Shown: positions 1-8,545 of the stretch, in pieces
How positions within the stretch are numbered: position 1 is the first letter of the stretch
Layout: each line of letters begins with the position of its first letter
Origin: an uncultured virus (IMG/VR IMGVR_UViG_3300011189_000010)
Taxonomy: Duplodnaviria > Heunggongvirae > Uroviricota > Caudoviricetes
Length of the DNA stretch: 20,000 bases
Virus record (IMG/VR): IMGVR_UViG_3300011189_000010
Reading direction: 5' to 3' (one strand)
Position numbers and translations under genes: made by a program
Notes under the pieces: generated by a model
What the model was told of the DNA's origin: nothing
The model's input: the letters and a program-made list of their open reading frames with translations, nothing else
Databases searched by the model: none

Positions 1-2838
1 ATGTTAGACACACATTGGATTGATGGTATTTACGATGGTGGGCACTTTAAGGGCGTTGAGTATTTGACAGGAAATTTTATATCTACATCTTATGAAGATG
101 GTTTACTATCTATTAAAACAGATTTAAAACACAATCTAGCAGTAAATGATATAATAGAAATTATATTAGACGATGATATAACAGTTAACACTGAATATAA
201 TGGAGAACATCGTGTAATAAAGATAAAAAATTCTTTTGAAGTTATATTAGATCAAGAATGGGGGCAGAGTGTTACTGATGAAAGTGGGACTTACAAAACT
301 GGTTATTCAACTGGTCTTATACAAAATATGGATTTTAAAAGCAATAATGTATCTAGACTAACTTCCAATAAAACGCTTAACTCTCTAGCAGTTTTTAACT
401 ATAACTCTTGGTTGGATGTTACCTACTATGAAGATACTGCTGTTAATATCGGCAAACCACAAACAGTATTGAATAAGGTGTCTAGAAAGTATTTTTCAGA
501 GAATAACTTATATGGTTATCCAACGAATGATGTATTATCTAGTAGTTCTAATTTTAGGGATTCTTTCTCTTTAAACAAAAGACTATATAGTCTTGGTACA
601 AAGTTTAAGATATTTAGTGATTACATTGGTGAATCTTCCGAATTTAAGGATTTCTTTGGACCATCAGGTGATGATTTAGACTTATTTTTAGAAAAAGGAT
701 GGTCATTCTCTATACCACAGAACTCAACAAGTTCTATTACCCCTAGTCTAACATTTGATAGGACAGAAAGTTTAGGTGGATTTACAGTTATACAAGGCGA
801 AGAACTTAAAATGTTGTCTAGTGGACAAGGTGGTGTTTTGGACTTAGACGAACCACTTGTTGATGTATTAGGAAGGGATAGGGCAGATATAGCTAGAAAT
901 AGATATACTCTTGTTGAATTCGATTTGGTTGAATATAACTCTGGGGAAAATGAATATAGGTTTCCTATAGATTCTCAATTTGGTGGAAATACTTTCTCTT
1001 CTAGTTTATCACCTGAGCCTACAATACATTTTGATAACATAAACAAAACATCTAGGTTAGAAAATGTTGAGTTACAAAGTGGTGGAACGCAAGAAATTAT
1101 ACAATTAAGACCATCTACCTACTTACCAATTTATAAGAACATAAACCACATAATAACACCCAGAAAGAGAAAGGTTGAATACTTTTTCAACAAAAGGCAT
1201 TTATCTATGAATATAAGGGGTAGTGGATTATTAGGAGAGTTAGAAACTTCCACTATAATAGATAATTTGAAGTTACTTGAAATAAACATGGTACCTTTCT
1301 TCAAGTATTTTAGAGATGATAATATAAATAAAAGCATTCAGATACCATTTACTGGTGTTTCACCATATATAGATTATACAGATAATGACTTTGATTTTAT
1401 TGATAATATCGATATAAATTTAGGAACTATAAGTTTGAACACGGGTGATATAGATTTTGGTAACTCTGGGATAGATATAGGAATAATTGATGTACCCGAA
1501 CCACCAAGTGATGATGAGCCAGATGATCCATCACCAGGAGATGATCCTAATTTGATTATAGAAATACCTGTTTTGTTTGTTCCTAGAATTTTAGTAAGTG
1601 ATAATCATCGTATAAGACTAGACTTTTCAGGAATAGAATTCTTAGAAAATGCGTATATGCCTATTAGATTAAATATAGATTTTAAATTAGGTGTCAATGG
1701 TGAAAATATAACATTTTCAGAAACACTATCTATAAACTTTAATGGGACTGGTGTAATAGATGCACAGGGAATAGCAGATTCTGATTCATTTGTGAATGGT
1801 TTAATCAGCTTTAGAGATTCTGTCTTTAGTAATTCAGTTGATGAATATTCTGCTACTTACACAATAGGACCAGACTCTTTTGAAATTGAGAGTGTTATAA
1901 ATAATTCAATTATATTATTTTTACCTAATACAAGATTTACTACTACTGATGGCATAACAGAAAGATATTCTTATATAAATACAGATACTACAGCATCAGT
2001 AGAGGTCTATGGAAATATACCAAATGAGCCGAATGAACCTTCGTTAAGTGTGACACCAGAAAGTCTTACACTACCTAATAATAATAGTGGTAATGGTAGT
2101 TTTATAATAGATTCTAATGGAGCTTGGACAGTTAGTAAGTCAGCACCTTGGATTAATGATTTAACAGTAGAGAGTGGAGAGGGCAATGCTAATTATAGCT
2201 TTAGTTATCAAGGAAATTCTAAAGTTAGTGAAAGAGATGGTACTATTACTGTGTCACAAGTTGGTGGTAACCTCCAAGCAACTTATACACTTACACAACC
2301 TGGTGATCAACCTTATTTGGTTATTTCTAACGAAGGTCAAGTCTCTAGTGCTACCAGAGAAGTTAGTTCTAATGGGGGAAATTATACTATTGAAGTAGCT
2401 AGTAATACTAATTGGTCTATTGATACTAATGCTCCTTCTTGGTTAAGTGTATCACCACTCAGTTCATTTGGTACTAAAGATGTGGTTGTTTCACGCTTAC
2501 AGAACACCACATCTGGTCCTAGAGTAGGTATTATAACGGTTAGTGAGGATAATGGAAATTTAAGTGTTACACAAGAAGTAACACAAACATCTAGTGGAAA
2601 TGATGAAGAGACATTATTCCTTCATAATTTAAGTTCAGGTAGTACATCAGCTTTGGCATGTCAAAGCCAGTCTACATTATCCTATTATACAAATAATGAT
2701 ATATTTGAACGTTCTACAAAAGTATATGCTAACTTTATTGGAAGTATAGGTGCTAATGGATTTGTGTCTAATGGATTTGGATCATTAGAAGTAGATAATG
2801 GTACTGTAATTAGTGGTGTATTACCTTGTGGAAGATAA
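1..2838 (+). CDS. Large putative virion/tail protein (probably 5'-truncated by the window edge) with a Pro/Asp linker and two C-terminal BACON-like Ig-fold domains
   Basis: 945-aa ORF starting at base 1. It begins with WIDGI-YDGGH-FKG (WxxG-type repeat), has a PEPPSDDEPDDPSPGDDP linker at 1495-1548, and two BACON-like units (I-x-SN-x-x-W...W...SG-x-G...N...R-x-G-x-ITV) at about 2044-2300 and 2311-2590. Domain calls are by eye. Confidence 0.65.
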   Translation: MLDTHWIDGIYDGGHFKGVEYLTGNFISTSYEDGLLSIKTDLKHNLAVNDIIEIILDDDITVNTEYNGEHRVIKIKNSFEVILDQEWGQSVTDESGTYKTGYSTGLIQNMDFKSNNVSRLTSNKTLNSLAVFNYNSWLDVTYYEDTAVNIGKPQTVLNKVSRKYFSENNLYGYPTNDVLSSSSNFRDSFSLNKRLYSLGTKFKIFSDYIGESSEFKDFFGPSGDDLDLFLEKGWSFSIPQNSTSSITPSLTFDRTESLGGFTVIQGEELKMLSSGQGGVLDLDEPLVDVLGRDRADIARNRYTLVEFDLVEYNSGENEYRFPIDSQFGGNTFSSSLSPEPTIHFDNINKTSRLENVELQSGGTQEIIQLRPSTYLPIYKNINHIITPRKRKVEYFFNKRHLSMNIRGSGLLGELETSTIIDNLKLLEINMVPFFKYFRDDNINKSIQIPFTGVSPYIDYTDNDFDFIDNIDINLGTISLNTGDIDFGNSGIDIGIIDVPEPPSDDEPDDPSPGDDPNLIIEIPVLFVPRILVSDNHRIRLDFSGIEFLENAYMPIRLNIDFKLGVNGENITFSETLSINFNGTGVIDAQGIADSDSFVNGLISFRDSVFSNSVDEYSATYTIGPDSFEIESVINNSIILFLPNTRFTTTDGITERYSYINTDTTASVEVYGNIPNEPNEPSLSVTPESLTLPNNNSGNGSFIIDSNGAWTVSKSAPWINDLTVESGEGNANYSFSYQGNSKVSERDGTITVSQVGGNLQATYTLTQPGDQPYLVISNEGQVSSATREVSSNGGNYTIEVASNTNWSIDTNAPSWLSVSPLSSFGTKDVVVSRLQNTTSGPRVGIITVSEDNGNLSVTQEVTQTSSGNDEETLFLHNLSSGSTSALACQSQSTLSYYTNNDIFERSTKVYANFIGSIGANGFVSNGFGSLEVDNGTVISGVLPCGR

Positions 2839-2843
2839 TTTTA

Positions 2844-3554
2844 TTACTTTTTGATAACTAATAAATATCCAACTTTACCAGATTTAGAAAAATGACCCAT
2901 AGAGTTAAATTTAGTTATTTCACCACTTAGTTTAATATTGGCTTTTTGTAGACCAAAAATTCTTCCTTCACCCTTACACTTTCCACATCTATTTAGACCA
3001 ACTTGACCTTTACCAAAACAAAAAGAACATGGTTGTCCATTATATTCTTTCCCAGTACCTTCACAGAAATCACAACCATCATCAGGATCGAATGTTCTAA
3101 TAACCTTTCCTTTATTATCTTTTATCTCTATCTTAGAATTCAAATCTTTGCCATTACCATCACAAGTCTTACATCTAATCCATCTCTCATATTTTAGATT
3201 ACCACTAAAACTATCATCAACCTCTATTTGTATATTATTTACTTGGTTGTTTTTAAAATCTTCTAATTTCTGCTTACTCTTGTCATAATCAAAGTCATAA
3301 TCAACATCGAACATTTCAAGTTCCTCATTATAGTCTTTGCCATATATTGATTGATTATCATATTCCACTCTCTTGTTATTATCAGAAAGTACTTTATAAG
3401 CATCTGTTATTGCATTAAAAAGAGTGGGATCAATATCCTTGTTCCTATCAGGATGATATTTAAATGAAAGTTTATAATAGCTTTTTTTTATTTCCTTATC
3501 ACTCGATAAATGACTTACTTCTAATACAGAATAATAGTTTAAGTGTTTATTCAT
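2844..3554 (-). CDS. dnaJ: DnaJ-like co-chaperone (J-domain plus four-repeat zinc finger, shortened C-terminus)
   Basis: NYYSVLEV...EIKKSYYKLSFKYHPDRN...AYKVLSD J-domain with the HPD motif. Zinc-finger repeats CKTCDGNG, CDFCEGTG, CSFCFGKG, CGKCKGEG. Confidence 0.92.
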   Translation of the reverse strand: MNKHLNYYSVLEVSHLSSDKEIKKSYYKLSFKYHPDRNKDIDPTLFNAITDAYKVLSDNNKRVEYDNQSIYGKDYNEELEMFDVDYDFDYDKSKQKLEDFKNNQVNNIQIEVDDSFSGNLKYERWIRCKTCDGNGKDLNSKIEIKDNKGKVIRTFDPDDGCDFCEGTGKEYNGQPCSFCFGKGQVGLNRCGKCKGEGRIFGLQKANIKLSGEITKFNSMGHFSKSGKVGYLLVIKK

Positions 3555-3961
3555 GCCTGATATAAATAGTTTTCTATTTTCTTAATTGTATAATTAGTTA
3601 AAGCAACAAAATCACTTAATACTTCACTAGGAACATTTAACGATAACATCTCTATACTAACAATATTATCTACCCATCTAGGATTTTTTTTAAGATTAAT
3701 ATACAAATTGCTTATATATTTTAATCCTTTTGTATTTTTGTTCTGAATAATAATTGTCTTATCAGATGAATCATTTGTTTCTCTTATAACCTTGTCTCTT
3801 AATAAGTTATATTGTTTATATTTGTTATTATAATTATTATAAAACGATTTTGACCAAAAGTCCATAGATATACCTTCTCCTGTGTGTAAAGTATTGAGAT
3901 AATCTAGATTATATAGATTATCTGTAATCATTATCTTATTTATATATTTGTAGTCACTCAT
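3551..3961 (-). CDS. Hypothetical protein (136 aa; alternative start at 3931)
   Basis: Stop overlaps the dnaJ start (ATGA coupling). An in-frame ATG at 3931 lies 9 nt downstream of an AATATATA motif. Confidence 0.7.
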   Translation of the reverse strand: MSDYKYINKIMITDNLYNLDYLNTLHTGEGISMDFWSKSFYNNYNNKYKQYNLLRDKVIRETNDSSDKTIIIQNKNTKGLKYISNLYINLKKNPRWVDNIVSIEMLSLNVPSEVLSDFVALTNYTIKKIENYLYQA

Positions 3962-3982
3962 TACTTATCTATTTAATATTCT
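3951..3982. repeat. Direct repeat copy 1 (32 bp) flanking the methyltransferase
   Basis: tagtcactcattacttatctatttaatattct; 30/32 identical to 4797-4828, with a 21-bp perfect core at 3962-3982. Confidence 0.9.
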
Positions 3983-4724
3983 TTTCTTTCCTTCTTTTTA
4001 TAGCAAGGTTATAAATAGACAAATTATTCTCAATACTTATACTATTCCTACCAAGTTCAAAGCTTGCAATTCCTGTTGTATCACTTCCACAAGTATTGTC
4101 TAAAACAGTATCTTTTTTATCAGTATATGTTTCAATTAAGTATTTTATCAAGTCTATTGGTTTTTGGGAAGAGTGTATTCTACTATAATTATCAACACAC
4201 TTAAATTCAAGTAAATTAGTTGGATACCTTGTTGTTTTTCCACCTTTATAATCTCTCTTATTAGTCCCGTGATAGGCTGTTCCATCAGAGCATCCTTTCG
4301 CACTATTTGTCGGTTCGTGTCCTTCTGTTATTTGTGGGCAATATTTTCCCTTTTTGAAAATAACAATCTCTTCAACTTTTCTTGTAGGCATACGTTTTGC
4401 GTGAAAAAAGTTTGTTGCTTGATTTTTTACCCAATACCAAACATATCTATAATCCTTTTCGTTGCTACTTATTATTTTCGTTGTAAAGGGCTGGGAAGCA
4501 AATAAGGCTATTGTACCGTTTTTGGATATAATTCTATTGTATTGCTCCCAAAGTTTATCAGAGGGTATTATCTCATCCCATTTAGGTGCGGTCATACCAT
4601 AAGGTAAATCACAACAAATAAAATCAATACTCTTGTCTGGTATTCGTTTCATTTCTTCCAAGCAGTTACCAAACCATAATAGGTTATTTGTCTTCCCATC
4701 ATCAACCATTTTGTCATCATTCAA
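3969..4724 (-). CDS. DNA N6-adenine/N4-cytosine methyltransferase, beta class (N6_N4_Mtase family)
   Basis: GNCLEEMKRIPDKSIDFICCDLPYG (motif IV), HSSQKPIDLIKYLI, and VLDNTCGSDTTG (motif I region near the C-terminus). Start is TTG at 4724 or ATG at 4709. Confidence 0.9.
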   Translation of the reverse strand: MNDDKMVDDGKTNNLLWFGNCLEEMKRIPDKSIDFICCDLPYGMTAPKWDEIIPSDKLWEQYNRIISKNGTIALFASQPFTTKIISSNEKDYRYVWYWVKNQATNFFHAKRMPTRKVEEIVIFKKGKYCPQITEGHEPTNSAKGCSDGTAYHGTNKRDYKGGKTTRYPTNLLEFKCVDNYSRIHSSQKPIDLIKYLIETYTDKKDTVLDNTCGSDTTGIASFELGRNSISIENNLSIYNLAIKRRKEKNIK

Positions 4725-4796
4725 GAAAAATATTATTATTCGTCTTCATCCAAAGTTTTTTTTATTATTAAATCATACTAGACATACAACAATGTA

Positions 4797-4828
4797 TAGT
4801 TACTCAATACTTATCTATTTAATATTCT
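4797..4828. repeat. Direct repeat copy 2 (32 bp) flanking the methyltransferase
   Basis: tagttactcaatacttatctatttaatattct; overlaps the SbcC/gp46 stop codon and lies 846 bp from copy 1. Confidence 0.9.
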
Positions 4829-6516
4829 AGTTCTTCTATACTAGAAAAAATGTCTTTATTTATTTGTATTATATTATCAAACATTTCTTGGCTTAGTATA
4901 GCATGGTGGACTACGAATATATTAATGTTATAGTCATTTGCAAACGATTTAAGCAATAGTAGTATAGAATCTATGCCCTCTAAGTCTAATGAAGAGAACA
5001 CCTCATCTAGGAAAAGAATGTTAATATGTTTTTTAGTTCTTATAAGTTTTAAGTAAGCAATTAAAATACATATATTTATTTTCTTTGTTTCCCCAGTAGA
5101 CAAAGAATCGTGATCAACAACTGCTCCCAATGATTTTATCTCTGCTGTAAATGTTTCGTCTAATCTAACTTCAAAGTTTAGATTCATTTTTTTAATATTC
5201 TCTCCTATGAAATGATTTATAGGTTTTATTATATTTGTTATTATAGATTTCTTAACACCATCTTCGCTAAGTATTCTATTTAACTCTTTATAATAAAGTT
5301 CTTTTTCTTTATTACTAGTTATTTCTTCTGAACTCTTTTCTTTCTTCTTACTAAGTTCCTTAATGGTTTCTTTAAACTCAGATATGTTAGATGTGTCTTC
5401 TTCTTTTAAGTTTGTCTTTTGCTTAGATTTAAAATCATCAATCTTTGTTTTATAATTTTTAAGAAGGTATTTCAAATCATTAAAAGACTCACTAGTTGAA
5501 TTTGATATGCCATCTAATTTAGTTTTCTTATTTTTTAAAGATTGTATATTTTCTTTTATTTCAGTAGCAATGGCATCATATCCTTTCTTTTTCTCTAACA
5601 AAGATGATTTAAGGTCTAGAAATTTCTCAGAGTTAAAATCAGTAGCACATGTTGGGCATTTTCCAGAGTTATATAAGTTTATTTCTTTCTGGACGTTTCT
5701 GATGTCATTGTTTGTATTTATAAGTTGCCTATTTTCAGATTCTAATTCTTTGGACAAAATAGAATCTTTCTCTTGGATTTTAGATACTTTAGATTTTAAT
5801 AAAATATATTCTTCCTTCCTAGAGTTTGCTTCATTTGTGATGCTATCAATATCTGATTGTAAATTTTCTTTCTCTCGTTCCAATGATTTTTTTATGGACT
5901 TTTTTATAGAGTCTATAGACTGTTCTAATGTAGATATTTCAGAATCTAGGGACGTTATTTTATTTTTATTAACCTTATTTAGTTCCTTCAGGATACCATT
6001 TAGGATATTAATAACTTCTAGGTTAAATAGTTTATCTAATAATAGTTGCTTTTCTTCCTTTGTTAAAGATATGAAGTTTTTAAAATCATTGATAGACATT
6101 GAAATAAATGATTTAAAAGTTTCTATATCAACACCAACATATTCTTCTATTTTATCGTTTATATTTCCCTTTCCAGCCCTCTCATTTAAGACACCATTTT
6201 CCCACAACTCTAATTTATTTGGTGATATACCTCTTTTGACTTCAACATCAACTCCTTCTGATTTGAATTTTATTCTGTTCAATAACTCACCATTTATTCT
6301 ATTTGGTAATGTCCCTAACTTGTACCATTTCTTAGCTTTGTTTGATTTAACTTTTCCATATAATGTATATTCAAAACTCTCCAAAAGAGATGATTTACCA
6401 TGTCCGTTGTTCCCTGTCAATAGGATTAATTTTCCCTCATCAGTTGATAGATTTAGAACTTGTTCATTATTACCAAAAGATTTATAACCCTTTATACCAA
6501 TTTCGCTTATAAGCAT
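4819..6516 (-). CDS. sbcC: SbcC/Rad50-family ATPase, T4 gp46-like recombination nuclease subunit
   Basis: N-terminal IKGYKSFG, Walker A GNNGHGKSS, coiled coils with a central CPTC zinc hook, signature LSTGE, Walker B/D-loop ILFLDEVFSSLD, H-loop VVHH. At 565 aa it is short, like phage gp46. Confidence 0.92.
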   Translation of the reverse strand: MLISEIGIKGYKSFGNNEQVLNLSTDEGKLILLTGNNGHGKSSLLESFEYTLYGKVKSNKAKKWYKLGTLPNRINGELLNRIKFKSEGVDVEVKRGISPNKLELWENGVLNERAGKGNINDKIEEYVGVDIETFKSFISMSINDFKNFISLTKEEKQLLLDKLFNLEVINILNGILKELNKVNKNKITSLDSEISTLEQSIDSIKKSIKKSLEREKENLQSDIDSITNEANSRKEEYILLKSKVSKIQEKDSILSKELESENRQLINTNNDIRNVQKEINLYNSGKCPTCATDFNSEKFLDLKSSLLEKKKGYDAIATEIKENIQSLKNKKTKLDGISNSTSESFNDLKYLLKNYKTKIDDFKSKQKTNLKEEDTSNISEFKETIKELSKKKEKSSEEITSNKEKELYYKELNRILSEDGVKKSIITNIIKPINHFIGENIKKMNLNFEVRLDETFTAEIKSLGAVVDHDSLSTGETKKINICILIAYLKLIRTKKHINILFLDEVFSSLDLEGIDSILLLLKSFANDYNINIFVVHHAILSQEMFDNIIQINKDIFSSIEELEY

Positions 6517-6535
6517 TTTTTAAAATTTTAAATTA

Positions 6536-6871
6536 TTACTTTTTATCTTCTTTGTTGTTTTTATCTAAATAGATGTCGTATTTGTTAGGTTCGAAATCAT
6601 CAACTATATTTATTATCTCATCATACGGTACTACTTTCTTAATAATACTAATCATAAGTTCAGTGTAGCCTTCATAATCTTCTATATCACATTCAAGCTC
6701 TTTCTCTAATTCTTTATCTGGTGTTAATACTAATAAATCTTCTGTATAGAAAAAGGTAGCTTCATAGAATGTTCCATCAAGACCCAAAGATAGCAAAGTT
6801 ATTACTCCACCCTCATGTTTTCCTAGATAATCTATTATATTTATTGATATTTTATTTTTTATATCACTCAC
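6536..6871 (-). CDS. Hypothetical acidic protein (111 aa)
   Basis: GTG start overlapping the upstream TGA stop (GTGA); packed in the minus-strand gene run. Confidence 0.75.
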   Translation of the reverse strand: MSDIKNKISINIIDYLGKHEGGVITLLSLGLDGTFYEATFFYTEDLLVLTPDKELEKELECDIEDYEGYTELMISIIKKVVPYDEIINIVDDFEPNKYDIYLDKNNKEDKK

Positions 6872-7107
6872 TCTTTTAATGTTTTTAATTTTTCATCCCT
6901 AACATCTTTATCATAACTTCTTAGATAGCCCCCTATAATCAAAGTTTTAAACAAGGAGTCTGCCTGTTTATTAAGGCCTTGGTCATAACACATTAAAGCA
7001 TCTCTATAATAAGTGTTTATCATTTCAAACTTTTTAATATTTCTTATTTTTAATACTTTTTTAATATCTAGATAATAGTCGCTATAGTTGTTATTGAATG
7101 ATGTCAT
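6868..7107 (-). CDS. Hypothetical protein (79 aa)
   Basis: Tightly packed ORF with an ATG start, ending ...VRDEKLKTLKE. Confidence 0.7.
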   Translation of the reverse strand: MTSFNNNYSDYYLDIKKVLKIRNIKKFEMINTYYRDALMCYDQGLNKQADSLFKTLIIGGYLRSYDKDVRDEKLKTLKE

Positions 7108-7111
7108 GTAT

Positions 7112-7372
7112 TTAAGGTTTTATTGTTATTTTTTTAAACTTTTCATCCGTATCATAGAATATTATTTCTACCTTATCTACATTCAAGAACTCAACTGATT
7201 TGTTTGTAGCTTCGTTAATCATTACATCTTTTACGTATATTACATCTATAGCAGGTTCTTCTCCTAGAAATTTTCTTAAATCTTCTTTTATAGATTTCAA
7301 AGACCAGTTTTCTGACTTGAAATCTATGTCGGATACGTAATTCCTTATTGCATTTTCTTTAATTGTTTGCAT
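7112..7372 (-). CDS. Hypothetical protein (86 aa)
   Basis: Tightly packed ORF with an ATG start and A-rich leader. Confidence 0.75.
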   Translation of the reverse strand: MQTIKENAIRNYVSDIDFKSENWSLKSIKEDLRKFLGEEPAIDVIYVKDVMINEATNKSVEFLNVDKVEIIFYDTDEKFKKITIKP

Positions 7373-7386
7373 ATTTACATTTGTTT

Positions 7387-7713
7387 TTAAATATATCCTC
7401 TGTCTACTATATATGTATTATTACTTAAAAGTTTTAAATTATGTTCAATTTTCTTACAAATAGATATAAAATTAACAATGTCTTCATTTTCTAGTTCAAA
7501 CCATTCCCCACCTATTTTTTTAAATGAGTATAATCTATGTATTTGCGATTCTATCTTAGTACCATACTCTGATTCAAATATTTCAACTATTTTTAAACTA
7601 GCTGGATTACCAGTTTTTAGTTCTTTCAACCTTTTTTTGACTTCTCTACGAGTGATTCCTATTTTATATAATTTTTCATTATTTATTTCGGATGATATTA
7701 AATATACGTACAT
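7387..7713 (-). CDS. T5orf172/MUG113-like (GIY-YIG superfamily) protein
   Basis: YVYLI...LYKIGIT...KRLKELKTGNP...IESQIHRLY...GGEWF pattern. Confidence 0.85.
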   Translation of the reverse strand: MYVYLISSEINNEKLYKIGITRREVKKRLKELKTGNPASLKIVEIFESEYGTKIESQIHRLYSFKKIGGEWFELENEDIVNFISICKKIEHNLKLLSNNTYIVDRGYI

Positions 7714-7717
7714 GTAT

Positions 7718-7725
7718 TATATATT
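7718..7725 (-). promoter_or_regulatory. AATATATA motif, putative phage promoter
   Basis: 4 nt upstream of the ATG at 7713. Confidence 0.5.
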
Positions 7726-7804
7726 TTCTATACACATCTCCTTTTAATGTTTTAGTTAGAAATAGTTTAAAAACATGCAACATCATGATATAATAATAAT
7801 ATAA

Positions 7805-8545
7805 TTAATTTTTTGTCTTAAAATGAATGTTAATCCAGAAATTACTAGTATCTAATTTAATCATTACCTTGCTCTTCCATTTTTTATTAGACATCCATTT
7901 TTTTAGATTAGACTTTAATTCTATCAACTGTTCATCACTAAAATTACCATTAACCCATTCACCAAAACCTTTATATCCAAATGTTATAACATTATCACTT
8001 ATAGTTGGATAAGACCTTTTGCTATAGAATCCAGGCTTATAATCCCTCATATCTTCTTTTATTCTACCAAAAGTAAGTAAATCATTATATGATATATTAA
8101 CAATTAGTTTTTTAAAAGAACTTGAAGACTTGGAGTCTAGACCAAGCACCCATTTTATAGTGGAATTAGACAATTTAAAACTACCTATTGGCAATAGTTT
8201 ATCTTCATAAGATATGCCATATTCTAATTTAGCCGAATTTTTAATACCAAAGTACATTTTTAACTTATCCTTAGAACCATCAATTAAACCGATATACTGT
8301 GTTAATGACTTAAATCTTTTGAATATAGTCCTTGCTTCAAAAGAACTTACTTCTTCTTGTTCAAAATACGCTATAAAGCCATCCTTAGAGTGTTTATAGT
8401 CTTGAGATATGTCTTTGTAACCTAAAGCAGTTAAAGTCTTTAAAAACGACTTAAAAACGCCTTTACCAGCTTTACTTATTTCTGTCTGTACTAAAGATTC
8501 TGATAATCCTTTGTACTTATAATATTCGTTAAACTTTTTAATCAT
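7805..8545 (-). CDS. Hypothetical protein (246 aa, basic)
   Basis: Long ORF overlapping the upstream stop by 8 nt; N-terminus MIKKFNEY...LSES. Confidence 0.8.
   Translation of the reverse strand: MIKKFNEYYKYKGLSESLVQTEISKAGKGVFKSFLKTLTALGYKDISQDYKHSKDGFIAYFEQEEVSSFEARTIFKRFKSLTQYIGLIDGSKDKLKMYFGIKNSAKLEYGISYEDKLLPIGSFKLSNSTIKWVLGLDSKSSSSFKKLIVNISYNDLLTFGRIKEDMRDYKPGFYSKRSYPTISDNVITFGYKGFGEWVNGNFSDEQLIELKSNLKKWMSNKKWKSKVMIKLDTSNFWINIHFKTKN

Noticed and set aside
3551..4724. Restriction-modification pair formed by the methyltransferase and the 136-aa gene
   Set aside because: No nuclease motif is recognisable in the 136-aa protein, and it lies almost entirely outside the repeat-bounded segment.
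5507..6487. 326-aa plus-strand ORF antisense to sbcC
   Set aside because: Lies wholly opposite a well-supported gene. Its Phe/Ser/Leu/Ile-rich composition is what the antisense of Lys/Glu-rich coiled-coil codons gives.
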